Assembly (NCBI GenBank): GCA_964016885.1 | Contig: OZ024740.1 | Location: 119,226,001-119,290,000 of the forward strand | DNA length: 64,000 bases | Reading direction: 5' to 3' | DNA from: Eledone cirrhosa | Lineage: Eukaryota | Shown: piece after piece, positions 52,117 to 64,000 of the stretch | Position numbering within the stretch: the stretch's first letter is position 1 | How the letters are laid out: the number at the start of each line of letters is the position of its first letter | The notes under the pieces: generated by a model | The model's input: only the letters and a program-made list of their open reading frames with translations | What the model was told of the DNA's origin: nothing | Databases searched by the model: none | Made by a program: the position numbers and the translations under genes

Positions 52117-52351
52117 ATACCCTTCTGCCAGATAGTTGAACGTTCGAAAGTATATACTTTCCTTATGAAAATTGACGGCTGAGCAGCCTAATTTGCATAT
52201 CGAGTGAGTTCAGTCGGCCAGGCGTACCGAAAACGATAAGTTGTAATATAATGAAACGAAATTTCATTTCTCACTGTTAGTACGGCACTTACTTGAATGT
52301 AAGTATGTATGTATACGTACATACATATATGTATACAGACGTACAGTAGCA

Positions 52352-52439
<88 letters not shown>

Positions 52440-52592
52440 CAGTTACACATATATATATATATGTACGTATCAGTTTAGCGAACGTTTATTATAACGCCCG
52501 CTTTGTCCGTTTGTAAACAAGCGAACAGCCTGATTTATGCCATACGGTGTTAAGGCAACCACGTCACCTTTTTGTTCAACACTGACACAGGA

Positions 52593-52635
52593 ACGATGTA
52601 CTGGTTTCAAGCTTGTTAGCTATCATCAGCACCGT
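52593..52635 (-). ncRNA. Minimal type I hammerhead, array copy 3
   Basis: As copy 1, but helix III is CCAG (palindrome broken). Confidence 0.72.
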
Positions 52636-52870
52636 ATACCCTTCTGCCAGATAGTTGAACGTTCGAAAGTATATACTTTCCTTATGAAATTTAACGGCTG
52701 AGCAGCCTAATTTGCATATCGAGTGAGTTCAGTCGGCCAGGCGTACCGAAAACGATAAGTTGTAATATGATGAAACGAAATTTCATTTCTCACTCTTAGT
52801 ACGGCACTTACTTAAATGTAAGTATGTATGTATACGTACATACATATATGTATACAGACGTACAGTAGCA

Positions 52871-52951
<81 letters not shown>

Positions 52952-53108
52952 ATTACATACAGGTGCACATATATATATGTACGTATCAGTTTAGCGAACG
53001 TTTATTATAAAGCCCGCTTTGTCCGTTTGTAAACAAGCGAACAGCCTGATTTATGCCATACGGTGTTAAGGCAACCACGTCACCTTTTTGTTCAACACTG
53101 ACACAGGA

Positions 53109-53151
53109 ACGATGTACTAGTTTCAAGCTTGTTAGCTATCATCAGCACCGT
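53109..53151 (-). ncRNA. Minimal type I hammerhead, array copy 4
   Basis: Identical to the copy 1 motif. Confidence 0.8.
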
Positions 53152-53409
53152 ATACCCTTCTGCCAGATAGTTGAACGTTTGAAAGTATATACTTTCCTTA
53201 TGAAAATTAACCGCTGAACAGGCTAATTTGCATATCGAGTGAGTTCAGTCGGCCAGGCGTACCGAAAACGATAAGTTGTAATATAATGAAACGAAATTTC
53301 ATTTCTCACTCTTAGAACTCACTCGATATGCAAATTAGGCTGCTCAGCCGTTTATTTTCATAAGGAAAGTATATACTTTCGAACGTTCAACTATCTGGCA
53401 GAAGGGTAT

Positions 53410-53452
53410 ACGGTGCTGATGATAGCTAACAAGCTTGAAACTAGTACATCGT
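53410..53452 (+). ncRNA. Minimal type I hammerhead, inverted copy 5
   Basis: acggtgCTGATGAtagctaacaagcttGAAACTAGTAcatcgt on the plus strand. Confidence 0.8.
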
Positions 53453-53601
53453 TCCTGTGTCAGTGTTGAACAAAAAGGTGACGTGGTTGCCTTAACACCG
53501 TATGGCATAAATCAGGCTGTTCGCTTGTTTACAAACGGACAAAGTGGGCGTTATAATAAACGTTCGCTAAACTGATACGTACATATATATATGTGTACCT
53601 G

Positions 53602-53667
<66 letters not shown>

Positions 53668-53843
53668 TGCGTCTGTATACATATATGTATGTACGTATAC
53701 ATACATACTTACATTTAAGTAAGTGCCGTACTAAGAGTGAGAAAGGAAATTTCGTTTCATTAGGACATTCAAATATATTGGGGCCTTGAGCCCACAATTT
53801 AAACTTTTATAATTATCAAACAAAAATTTTCTTTGAAAAAAAC

Positions 53844-55632
53844 ATGGACGGCTCTCAGCTACACAAATCTGACAGCCTTCCTCACAAACTAACACCTCAC
53901 ACCAACGCCACCATTGTAAACATTACTACGGTTGCCAACACTAAAAATATAAGCAGTGGCAATAATTTAAATTTGTCACATGCAGCCACTTATTTCCCGC
54001 CATTACCAATAAGTGCAGGTGTTAAAGCCGTCGCCACCCCACCAACAGCACCACAGCGACAATAGAAACAAAAAAAAAATATTATCTCCTGACATCGAAC
54101 TGGATTCACCCAGAATCGACTCTTCCACGCCGAACACCACTGACACCACAACTGAAACTAAAAATAACAATAACAAAACTAACAATAACAACAGCAACAA
54201 CAACAACAACAATGAGAATAACAAGATCAACACCAGCGTTAAACAAAATGTGTCGTTTGCCAAAGCAGCCAAGAAAAGCGAAATAATCGAGGTAAACCAA
54301 GATGAATTAAATGAAGCCAAGCGAATGGTAAAAAAAGATGGGTACAGGGTCAGCCCAATCTAATAAAATGGAGCATCGGCGCCTATGCACCGTGTTATAT
54401 CGGACGATAAACACAAAATCACGCCGAGTGGAATGGGCATCCGAGTCCCAGATACAAGAAGCTTTGGGACATGTGTGGGCAAAAAAACTCTACATCAGAC
54501 GTGGGCAGAAATATGGAACCGAGGACGTGTTCTTTGGAACCCCACAGGAAGCCAGAGAGCACAACATGGCCCCATTATGTAGTGACGATTTCACACTCGT
54601 CCCAAGCTATTGTGGTCAGAGACTCGTGAATATCAGGGTGGTCCACGTTCCGTTGACCATCGAAATTCCCTGGCTAATGGCTGCCGCCTTCGCCGGCATC
54701 GAGGCCAATACGAAAATAATTGAGGTAACAAAAGAAAAGCTGAAGAACTGGTCCGGATCTGGGATAGAGCTCCTGATCCAAGCGAACCCAAAAAACATTG
54801 AAGAAATTCCAGAGGTGATGGACCTCAACAACAGCAGCCACCTCAACGTAATCGTTGAGGGTAGAAGGCCTAGGTGTGTCGTTTGTGGCGAAGGAACCCA
54901 CCTAAAGGCTTTCTGCCCTGAGGCTAAAATGTTGAGGCTACCTCTCCTACCCACCCCAGTGACTCAAACATCAAAACCACAATCAGCAGAAATGGCAGCA
55001 ACAACTGTAGCAGCAACAACAGAAGCAACAGTAGCAAAACCAACACCATCACCACCCACCGCGCCAGAATTATCACCAGCGCCTCCACCATCCATCACGC
55101 CACAACCAAAACCAACGCCTGTGGACGATTTTCCACTCCCCGACCTATCCCAACTGGAGACAGATTTTGACGAGGAGGAGTGGGAAATGGTATCAGGAAA
55201 AAAGAAAATGGAAAAAGAACCCCAAAAAGATAAAAATCCTCTTCCTTCGCCCTCCAAAAACAAAATGCAGGGGAAACAAATAAGCATACAAACAAAAAAG
55301 TTAAGACAGCTATGCCGCCACCCACACCAGCATTACTAGCCCCATCACCACAAACACCAACGCCATCACCATCATTAACCCCAACACCACCATCACCAAC
55401 ACCCCAAAGGTCACAAAAAAGCGAAACAGAAACAAACCCACAACAAACGCAAACAAAACAAAACAACCAAAACGATACACACTACACAGCATTAAATTTG
55501 AACAACAACCAATTATTACACTACATCCAACACAACACCAGCATCACACAGAAAACGTACACGACACTAAAGCAAAAAGTTTCCCAAAGACATCGGAGAC
55601 TTCCGACAAGCACTCTCCAGGAGGATTTATAA
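53844..55632 (+). pseudogene. L1/Tx1 ORF1 (broken into 53844..54065, 54013..54363, 54338..55339, 55312..55632)
   Basis: SFAKAA, VEGRRPRCVVCGEGTHLKAFC (CX2CX4HX4C), Pro/Thr-rich tail, EWEMVSGKKK. Confidence 0.8.
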
Positions 55633-55699
55633 GGACATCCTTCCGGAGGAGGCCACAAGCAGTGAAAAGGATGGAGAAACCATCCTTCCTCTACGAGAA

Positions 55700-58600
55700 G
55701 TAATGTAAGTGGTCTTTCCCATCTTTTCCACTCCATTTCAACATGACCTCACTCAGGGCTCGTCATGGAAGCAGGGCCACCTGCTTAACGATCTCAGGTC
55801 ACTAAACATAGATGTAGTGGCCATTAGCGAGACCAGAATTTCCGAAGCACGGAGGTCTGGATCTCGCCATACAGGCCATCTTCCTGGACCCAGAAGGTAA
55901 GTTGGTGGTGCTGGACGTGACCAGCGGAGACGGGCAAGCTTTCAGGCTAGTGGCCATCTATGCCCCGACAGGAGCAGGGCGGCCTGATTTCTTCCGGCGT
56001 CTGGAGACCTTTCTTGGAACGTCCCGCTCTTTAGTGTTAGTGGGCGACTGGAACAGGATCTTTGATGCACGCTGGAACTGTGTGGGATTAGCGGATAGGA
56101 GAGAAGGGTGCAAGAGCCTCACCAACCTGCTTACGGCGTTTTGAACTGTCTGACAGGTTCCGATTGGATTTCCCGAATGTGCCAATGTGGAGTTGGACAA
56201 ATCGCATAGGGTCATCCAGATCATATCTAGATAGAATATTTTGTAGGGAAATAGATAGGTCTAGCATAGGCTGTCTACAATTCAAGATAGTCAGCTACAC
56301 GGACCACAAATTCGCGATCTGTGTGCTTGACTTAGATAGGCGTCTTAGACGAGGACCCGGTTACTGCAAGCGAAACGTGTCTTTACCAACGCGCAAGGCC
56401 TACAGAGACCGGATTAGCGAACTAGTTAAGCGGGCGTTGACGGGGGTCATCGTCAACAACAAGTGGTGGTTTGCTCTGAAAAGAGCGATTAGAATAGAGT
56501 CCATTAGGTTTAGTAAGGCTTTAGCAATAGAGAAAAATAGAGCAGAGGGAGAATTAGTTAGAGAATTAGACGAGGCGTTTAGCAAAGGCATCGCGACGGA
56601 CGTATTTGCGGCGAAATTGGCCATTGACCAATTCTTCAATGCAAAGCACGAAGGCTGCGTTGTCAGAGCTAAGGTGCGTGCTCCCAGACACGAGGGGACG
56701 AAAGACGTTCAATGGGCACGAGTGGCGGAGGCGCGTCGTGGCAACAAAGCCACGATCCGGTCTTTGGTGGACCACGACGGGCGCATGCTACTCGATCACG
56801 GGCAAATGTGTGAAGCTTTCGGCGACACTTCGCCCAGCTGTTCGGGGGCAGCGGCGGGCCGGATCGAGGGATGGACTTTAGTGTCTACCTCGACGGACTG
56901 CCACGGCTCTCGGGCACTGAGGAGGAGTGTTGTGAAAAGCCGATAACAGCCGCTGAAGTACGGGCGGCAATGACTGGCTGCACAAGGGGTAAATTGCCTG
57001 GTTTGGATGGTCTGCCTTATGAACTTTACGAACAGATGCCAGACTTGTTTGGAGGCCTCTTGGCGGACGTCTACTGCAACTGGTAACAGAACGGGAGAAT
57101 TCCCAGCTCTGTGAGCCGAGGAGCTGTGACGCTGTTGAGAAAGGATCCGAACAAGGGGGATAACATAGATAATTTTCGGCCCATAACTCTGCTAAACACA
57201 GAGTTCAAGATTTTGGCCAAGGTGCTAGCAAAGAGGTTGGCGCTTGTCGTTGGTGATCTGGAGGGAGAGGCGCAGACGTGCGCCATTCCCGACAGATCCA
57301 TCCACGACAACCTCCACCTCACGCGATACATCGTAGAGAGGGTAGCTAGGAACCTGGCACGGGTGGGTCTTTGATCAATTTAGATCAGTCGAAAGCTTTC
57401 GATAGGGTCGACCATCGTTACCTAGCAGCAGTCCTGAAGGCGGCTGGCTTTGGGCCCGTCTTCAGAGGCTGGATCGCTGCCATGCACAGCGACATCTGCT
57501 CTGGTCAGAGTGAAAGGTCACCTTTCGGAACCGTTCAACATCATGCGCTCGGTCCGCCAAGGATGTCCCATCTCGTCCCTCTTGTACGTATTGATTCTCG
57601 AGCCATTACTGCACAAACTTGAGACGTTGAGGGGGTCCCGCGCGAACTAGGATGCGGAAGATCCGCGTCAGCATATGCGGACGATGTCTCCGTAGTGGTG
57701 TCGAACGCCAAAGACATCGAGGCGATAGGCACTACACTAAGAGAATACGAAGCGGTGACAGGAGCAATGATCAACCAGGATAAGTCAGTGGGCCTGCAGC
57801 TCGGCACCTGGAGAGGCAGGTACATGTCGTTCAACAGGGTCGTCGGGCGCTAGACGGACGGACCGGTTAAATTGCTAGGGGTCTGGTTCGGTCCGGACCT
57901 CCAGACGGACATAATCTGGGACGAGGTGACGAGCAGGGTGGCTTCTCTCACCCAGAAATGGGTCGAGCGCAGGTGGCTAACGCGTATATCGCGTCCGTCA
58001 TCTACTACCGCGTGACCGTCGTACCTTGTCTTAAGCCCCGCCTGACTGCGCTGGAGCGTTTGCTCTTTCGCTTTTTGTGGAAGGGACGCGCTCCGATGGT
58101 CAGGCATTCCATCTGCTGTCAACACCCGCTTCGTGGAGGGCTGGGCATACCGTGGCTGATGATGCGCAGACACGCACTCAGGCTAAGACATCGCCACCTC
58201 TTCCTCGACGGTGATCAGGTGTGGGCGCCGTTTGCTAGACGCGTCTTTCCCCAGCTTGTCTCCTTGACGGAGCTGCAGTCCTGGGTCAAGCGAAGACTGA
58301 CAGGGAACGCTTGAAGACTGGAATGTCTTCAGGCTCTCACAGCCCTCGACCAATCGGGCAATGTGATCGGTGGAAACACCACCTTGGAGTTCTATAGAGG
58401 ATTAGTGGAGGGAAAGAGCGACGACGTACTTGGAGGAACTCTAGCCGTCGACGAAAATCAACTAGCCAATCTCTTCAGAAGAACTTTCAGGCCGGGGCCT
58501 ATGGACAACTTCCAGAAATCCCTGGCCTGGCAGTGCTACCGAGGAGCTTTGCCGGTTCGGGATAAACTCTACAGGCATGGAGGTGCCGTCAGCCGAGCAT

Positions 58601-58974
58601 GTGCGAGATGCGCGCAATGCGACGAAACCGTCCTGCATGCACTCGTCCAGTGTCCGAGCATTGCCTACTTGTGGGTTTATGTCGAACACCTGCTGTCACG
58701 TGTAGGACGGATCCAGCTATCAGCTGAGTCCATCGTGAGGATTGCTCCGCCCTCTTACTTTAGCCTGGAAGGGCAGCCAGTTTTTATCTGTCTGGTGGCC
58801 ATGGCGAAAGAGATAGTATGGTGGACACGTTTGAAAGGGCTGAAGACGAGCACTTACCTCTCCGGTGATGCCCTGATTAACCTTTTCAATTTTCATTTGA
58901 AAAGGAAAATCAGATGGGTGAGAGAAGCAAGTATGGCCAGAATGAATGGGCCTACTCTGAGTATGTGTCTGTAA
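55700..58974 (+). pseudogene. L1/Tx1 ORF2 (APE, RT, zinc finger), multiple stops and frameshifts
   Basis: DVVAISET, LVAIYAP, VGDWN, SYLDRIF, TDHK; PGLDGLPYE, NFRPITLLN, DQSKAFDRV, VRQGCP, AYADD; CARC...ETVLHALVQC. Confidence 0.92.
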
Positions 58975-59232
58975 ATTAAAGGTGGAAAACTGAGAGAGGA
59001 CACTTGCCGTGGTGGTCAGGGTCACTGTGGCCTTTTAATGGGCTTTCTCCACAAATGTCCCTCCTAAGTCTCCCCCCTATTGGGGAATTTTTCATTGTTA
59101 TTTTTTTGTTACGTCCTCTGCTTTTGTTTTTTTACACGCAGAAATGCCATTTGTACCGTCCTGTATTGTCCTGTACTGTCCTTAATGTCTACTTTATGTA
59201 AACCCTTGTGGTTAATAAAGAAAGAAAGAAAG

Positions 59233-61783
59233 GATCCACAATTCGGTCTTTGTCTGACTAAAACGGGTGCGTGATGCTCGAACCCAAGCGGATGTGTGAA
59301 GCTTTTCAGCAGCACTTTGCTGAACTGTTCGGGAGCGGCGGCGGCCCGGATCAGGGTATGGACTTCAGTGCATACCTCGACGGACTTCATCGGCTCTCGA
59401 CGACCGCAGCACAGTGTTGCGAAAAGCCAATAACAGCCGGTGAAATACGAGAAGCGATGGCTAACTGCACAAGGGGTAAATCACCAGGTTTGGAAGGTCT
59501 GCCCTACGAGCTTTATGCATTTATGCCAGACTTGTTCGGTGACCTCTTGGAAGACGTCTACTGAAACTTGCAGCAGAACGGGAGCAGTCCCAGTTTTGTG
59601 AGCCGGGCAGCAGTGGCGCTACTGAGAAAAGACCTGAACAAGGGGGATGTTATCGATAATTTCAGGCCTCTAACCCACCTAAACGCAGAGTTCAAGATTT
59701 TGGCCAAGGTGTCAGCAACGAGGTTGGCGCTTGTCGTCAAGGGTCTGGTGGGAGAGGCGCAGACATGCGCCATTACGGACAGATCCATACACGATAACCT
59801 CCACCTCCTGCGATACATCATAGAGAGAGTGGTTAAGGAACCTGGCAAGGGTGGGGCCTTGATCAACTTGGATCAATCCAAAGCATTCGATAGGGTCGAC
59901 CATCGGTACCTGGCGGCGGTCCTCGAGGCAGCTGGTTTCGGGCCCGTTTTCAGGGGTTGGATCGCAGCAATGTACAGCGACATCTGCTCAGTGGTGAGGG
60001 TGAACGGTCACCTGTCGCAGCCGTTCAGCATCATGCGCTCAGTCCGCCAGGGTTGTCCCCTCTCGTCCCTCTTGTACGTATTGGCTCTCGAGCCGTTACT
60101 GCACAAACCGAGGCGATGAGGGGCGTCCCACACGAACTAGGATGCGGGAAATTCGAGTCGACTTACGCTGACGACGTCACCCTGGTGGTGTCGAGCACCA
60201 GACACGTCCAGATGCTCGGCACCGCTCTCAAGGAATACGAAGCGGTAACAGGAGCAAAGATAAACCAGGAAAAGTCGGTGGGCTTGCAGCTCGGCACCTG
60301 GAGAGGCAAGTCCCTGCTGTCCGACAGCGTCATGGGGCGTTGGACGGGCGGACCGGTTAAATTGCTCGGGGTTTGGTTCGGATCGGACCTCCAGATGGAG
60401 AAAAACTGGAACGAGGTGACGAGCAGGGTGGCCTCCCTCACCCAGAAATAGGCTGAGAGGAAGCTGTCCCTGAAAGGCCGGGCGGAGGTGGCGAATGCGT
60501 ACATCGCATCCGTCATCTCCTACTGCCTCACCATCGTCCCTTGCTCCAGCCCAACTCTCACCAACATGGAGCGCCTCCTCTTCCGCTTTTTGTGGAAGGG
60601 ACGCGCTCCCATGGTCAGATGATACATCTGCTATCAAAACCCGTTGCGTGGAGGACTGGGCATGCAATGGCCGATGATGCGCAAACATGCGCTGAGGCTG
60701 CGACATCTCTGGTGCTTCCTTGATGGTGAACAGGTGTGGTCGCCGTTCGCCAGGCACGTTTTCCCACAGCTCCTCACCTTGACGGAGCTGCAGTCCTGGG
60801 TCAGAAAAAGACCGAGGGATAGCGCTTGGAAACTGGAATGTCTCCAGTCGCTCACTGCCCTCTCCCAGCTGGGCATCAGTATCGGTGGAACATCCACCTC
60901 GGCGTTCTATAGAGGACTAGTGGAGGGGAAGAGCGACGACATTCTCTGAGAGATCCTGGGCGTCGAAGAAGATCAACTGTTTGCTCTCTTCCGGAGAACT
61001 TTCAGCCCGGCGCCTATGGATAACTTCCAAAAATCCCTGGCCTGGTAGTGCTACCGGGGAGCGCTGCCGGTTCGAGATAAGCTCTACAGGCACGGAAGTG
61101 CCGTCAGCCGAGCCTGTCCGAGATGCGCGCAGAGCGACGAAACCGTCGTGCACGCACTCGTTCAGTGCCCGAGCATTGCTGACTTGTGGAGCTATGTCGA
61201 ACAGTTGCTGTCGCGTGTGGGACTGATCCGTGTGGTCTCGCCGTCTTCCTTGGAGGAGGAAGGGCAGGCGGTTTTCATCTGCCTGGTGGCCATGGCGAAA
61301 GAGATTGTGTGGTGGACAAGGTTAAAAGTGTTAAAGACAGACACTTTCCTCTTCTGCGAATCCCTAATTAACATTTTCAAGTTTCACTTGAAGAGGAAAA
61401 TCAGGGTGGAGAGGCAAGTGCTGCTTTCTAGCAAGTTTGTTGAAAGGTGGGTGAATGTAGCAAGAATGGTTCGAGTAATATAAGTCTGTAGTTTGAGAGA
61501 TGGAAAAATTGAGAGAGGGCGCTTGCCCTGGTGGTCAGGGTGGTCGTGGTCTTTTATGTGGTTTTCGCCACGAGTAACCCTCGGAGGTTTCTCCCCGATT
61601 GGGAATTTTTCATTGTTTCAATTTTCATTTTTATTGTTTATATATATATATGTTTCTATGTCCTTTTTTTTCTTTTCTTATATAAATAATAAAAATATTT
61701 ACACGCACAAAACCCACATCGTACCGTCCTGTGCCGTCTGTAATGTTTTTCTTGATGTCAGCCCTTGTGGCCAATAAATAAAT
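59233..61783 (+). mobile_element. Second L1/Tx1 LINE, 5'-truncated, related subfamily
   Basis: Parallels 56750-59220 at roughly 80% identity. Has YADD and CPRC..ETVVHALVQC. Ends ccttgtggccaataaataaa. Confidence 0.92.
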
Positions 61784-61824
61784 CATTACTATTATTATTA
61801 TTATTATTATTACTATTTAATAAG

Positions 61825-62220
61825 GACGGTGGATTGGCCGTATCAATTGAGTGACAGACATGCTTTGCAACATATAGTTACGTCCCTTTACATTCTTAGT
61901 CTACATTCCCACCAAGGTCTACTTTGCCTTTCATCCTTATGTGGTTAATAAAATAAAGCACCAGTAAGTAATGCACAAGGGACAATTTAATCGATTTTCC
62001 CCTCCTCCAAAATGTCTGGCCTTGTGCCTAAATCAGAAACCATTAGCAGTATCGGTAGAGGGTTGGATGCCATGCTTTCTAGCATAGTTACGTACCTTTA
62101 CGGTCTGAGTTCAAATCCCGCCAAGGTTAACTTTGCCTTTTATCCTTACGGGTCGATAAAATAAAGTACCAGTAATGTACTGGGTAATTACTGGTCTTGT
62201 GCCAAAAGTAGAAACAATTA
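61825..62220 (+). mobile_element. Two tandem SINEs (ttgcctttcatcctt family)
   Basis: Copies at about 61825-62045 and 62046-62220, ending in (att)n. Confidence 0.8.
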
Positions 62221-62990
62221 TTATTATTATTGTCAAATTGTTATCCCAGTCAATGATGTTGTATAACTGAAAGGTTCGCCCAAATAAACATCAAGCTCCT
62301 ACCATAGATATTCAGGATGTATTGGGGGTCCTTACAGTTCCCAGCAGACATGCCTGTTGATGTGTTCAATAAAAGGGGACTCACTTAATATTCTTTGGCT
62401 AGCCTTAGAAACTTTTTTAGATATTACCTAGTGCTCCTGTGAAAATGGGGATGCCATTGATCACATGACAGTCCCAAATCCTTTTCAGTCCTAATATTAA
62501 ATCCTGGTACTGGTTAACTTTCTCCTTTTCCTTTTCTCTCACATTTACGTCAAAGGGGCAAGCTAAATCTATAATCAAGCAACATCTTTTTTCCTTGTCA
62601 AAAATCACCAGATCAAGCTTATGTTTTAATTATTTTTCTGTTTGTATCCTTAAATCCTACAACACCATATCTGGCTTATGCACATACCATTTCTTTGAAT
62701 GGGGTATATTATTCAGTTTGCCTAAATGTCAGTGGGCCACTTTTCCAACTATATCATGCTTCCATCCTTTACAATGAGTCTGGGCTAAGTGTTTACACTT
62801 GCATACAATGTGAGCCACAGTTTTCTCTCTCTCTCATCACAGATGCTACAGAGTGGTGTAGCCTCCTCTTTATCAATATGATGTTTCACCCACTTCATTC
62901 TAAAGGCTTCCTCCTGTGCAGCCAGTAGCATTCCTTCTGTAGATGGCTTAAGGTCCCCTTTCTTTAACCATTTCCATGTCTTCAGATCTT
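62221..62990 (-). mobile_element. R4/Dong-type RLE LINE 3' fragment
   Basis: TEGMLLAAQEEAFRMKWVKHHIDK..CSIC; CLIIDLACPFD..EKEK; GALG. (AAT)n end. Confidence 0.88.
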
Positions 62991-62991
62991 T

Positions 62992-63255
62992 ATTATTATT
63001 ATCATTTCCATTATTATTTTTATTGCGCATCATTACTGCTTTACCGAGCACAACTCTGTGTGACTTGGATATGAGCAATGTAGTTTTTGCTGATGTTGTT
63101 TCTATTGTATTGATAGTAAATTTCGTAATATGTGTGCCGTGCCTTGTAGTGCTATCTTTTGTATGCTGTATATATTTTTAAGTCCTGGGGCTTTGGTTTT
63201 GTATTTGTCTGTATTGTTTTTATCATTCCCAGAGCACCCATTATTATAGGTACAA
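62992..63255 (-). mobile_element. Short 3' end of another RLE (R4-like) LINE
   Basis: Minus strand PIIMGALGMI...IQKIALQGTAHILRNLL*, followed by an (aat)n-rich tail. Confidence 0.65.
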
Positions 63256-64000
63256 GAAACATATATGCCTGTTCATTGAATAGCAGAAAAGAAGACAAAC
63301 AATTACACTTACCAGATACTTAATAGTAAGAATACAAGACTAATATTTTTCAATTGTAAAGAAACGTGATCAATAACTGTGGAAGGATGGTAAATGGTAC
63401 CATAAAGTGTCCCCGAATATTGTTTACCTCCAGACAGCGGTAGAACGGTCCCTTCATTCTCTCTCCCACCCACTCTCACTAACTCACACTCTTTTTTCTT
63501 TCTCTTGTTCAGCTTACCATCACTTGGAAAACATGTATATTTCAGTAATGTTTACCTACGCTATTACGTTCTCACTCATAAAATTGAACCTCTAGCCAAC
63601 CTTACATATGACTTGCTAGAAATAGGAGTCGATTACCCTCTAAATTGCACCCACTGCCTTAGGTAATGTGGTCCTACGTTCACTGTGTCCACAAAAACAT
63701 AAGTCTACTCTACCAAGCCTGACCTTGCTTCTTCCTTACTGGATTAATGTTTTATTTCTGGCCTTTTAAAACAATGTATCATTGTCCGACAAAAATATGC
63801 ATAGTCTTCGTTTTTGTTTTGTTTTTCTGCCTAGATGTGATATCAGCAAGTTATAATAAAAAGAAGACAGAAAACGACGATTGCCAAATTAAAAAGTGTG
63901 GGAGAAAACCCCACACACAATCACATACCACATGGAGTGCGGGAGCCACCCTCTAGGCAAGCCAATACATTCGCAGCATTACTCTGGTTATTGCGAGGGT

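Larger units (their letters stand above)
51332..53762. repeat. Hammerhead-containing ~500-bp tandem repeat: four direct copies plus one inverted copy (retrozyme-like or PLE pLTR array)
   Basis: HHR spacing 495, 519 and 516 bp, varying mainly with the internal (TA)n. Inversion junction at 53315/53316. Confidence 0.93.
53763..59232 (+). mobile_element. L1/Tx1-clade LINE, near full length, inactivated
   Basis: ORF1 with CCHC knuckle; ORF2 with APE, RT and a C-terminal Cys motif; 3' aataaa followed by (gaaa)n. Confidence 0.92.

Noticed and set aside
51332-53315. Tandem array as CRISPR or RNA-gene cluster
   Set aside because: Whole ~500-bp units repeat with no unique spacers, and I see no recognisable tRNA, 5S or snRNA body. 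The context is eukaryotic.
54013-54363. Poly-Asn ORF as a host low-complexity protein
   Set aside because: It lies within the disrupted L1/Tx1 ORF1 N-terminus.
53757-61788. tcatta flanking both L1/Tx1 copies as a TSD
   Set aside because: It is a short AT-rich word, and the downstream flank does not continue the interrupted repeat unit.

Overview
This is AT-rich animal DNA made almost entirely of decayed, nested transposable elements and (TA)n/(CA)n/(ATG)n/(AAT)n microsatellites. The repeat repertoire suggests a coleoid cephalopod such as Octopus (inference). I see no recognisable host gene, only weak candidate small exons. Identifiable elements: (1) many RTE-clade LINE copies with a C4HC3 PHD-type finger inserted inside the RT; (2) a CsRn1-like Ty3/Gypsy LTR element at 15934-20095 (4-bp TSD AAGG, tRNA-Trp PBS, PR/RT largely deleted) inserted into an RTE; (3) R4/Dong-type RLE LINEs ending in (AAT)n; (4) two head-to-tail L1/Tx1 LINEs; (5) a CR1-like fragment, Penelope-like (PLE) GIY-YIG remnants and several tRNA-derived SINE families. 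The most striking signal is non-coding: a concentration of minimal type I hammerhead ribozyme (HHR) motifs. These comprise a ~500-bp retrozyme-like array (four direct copies plus one inverted copy, one HHR each, 51332-53762), five solitary HHR motifs of unrelated sequence, and three fold-back elements whose arms carry only the 3' half of an HHR. Boundaries of decayed elements and all identity figures are estimates by eye.
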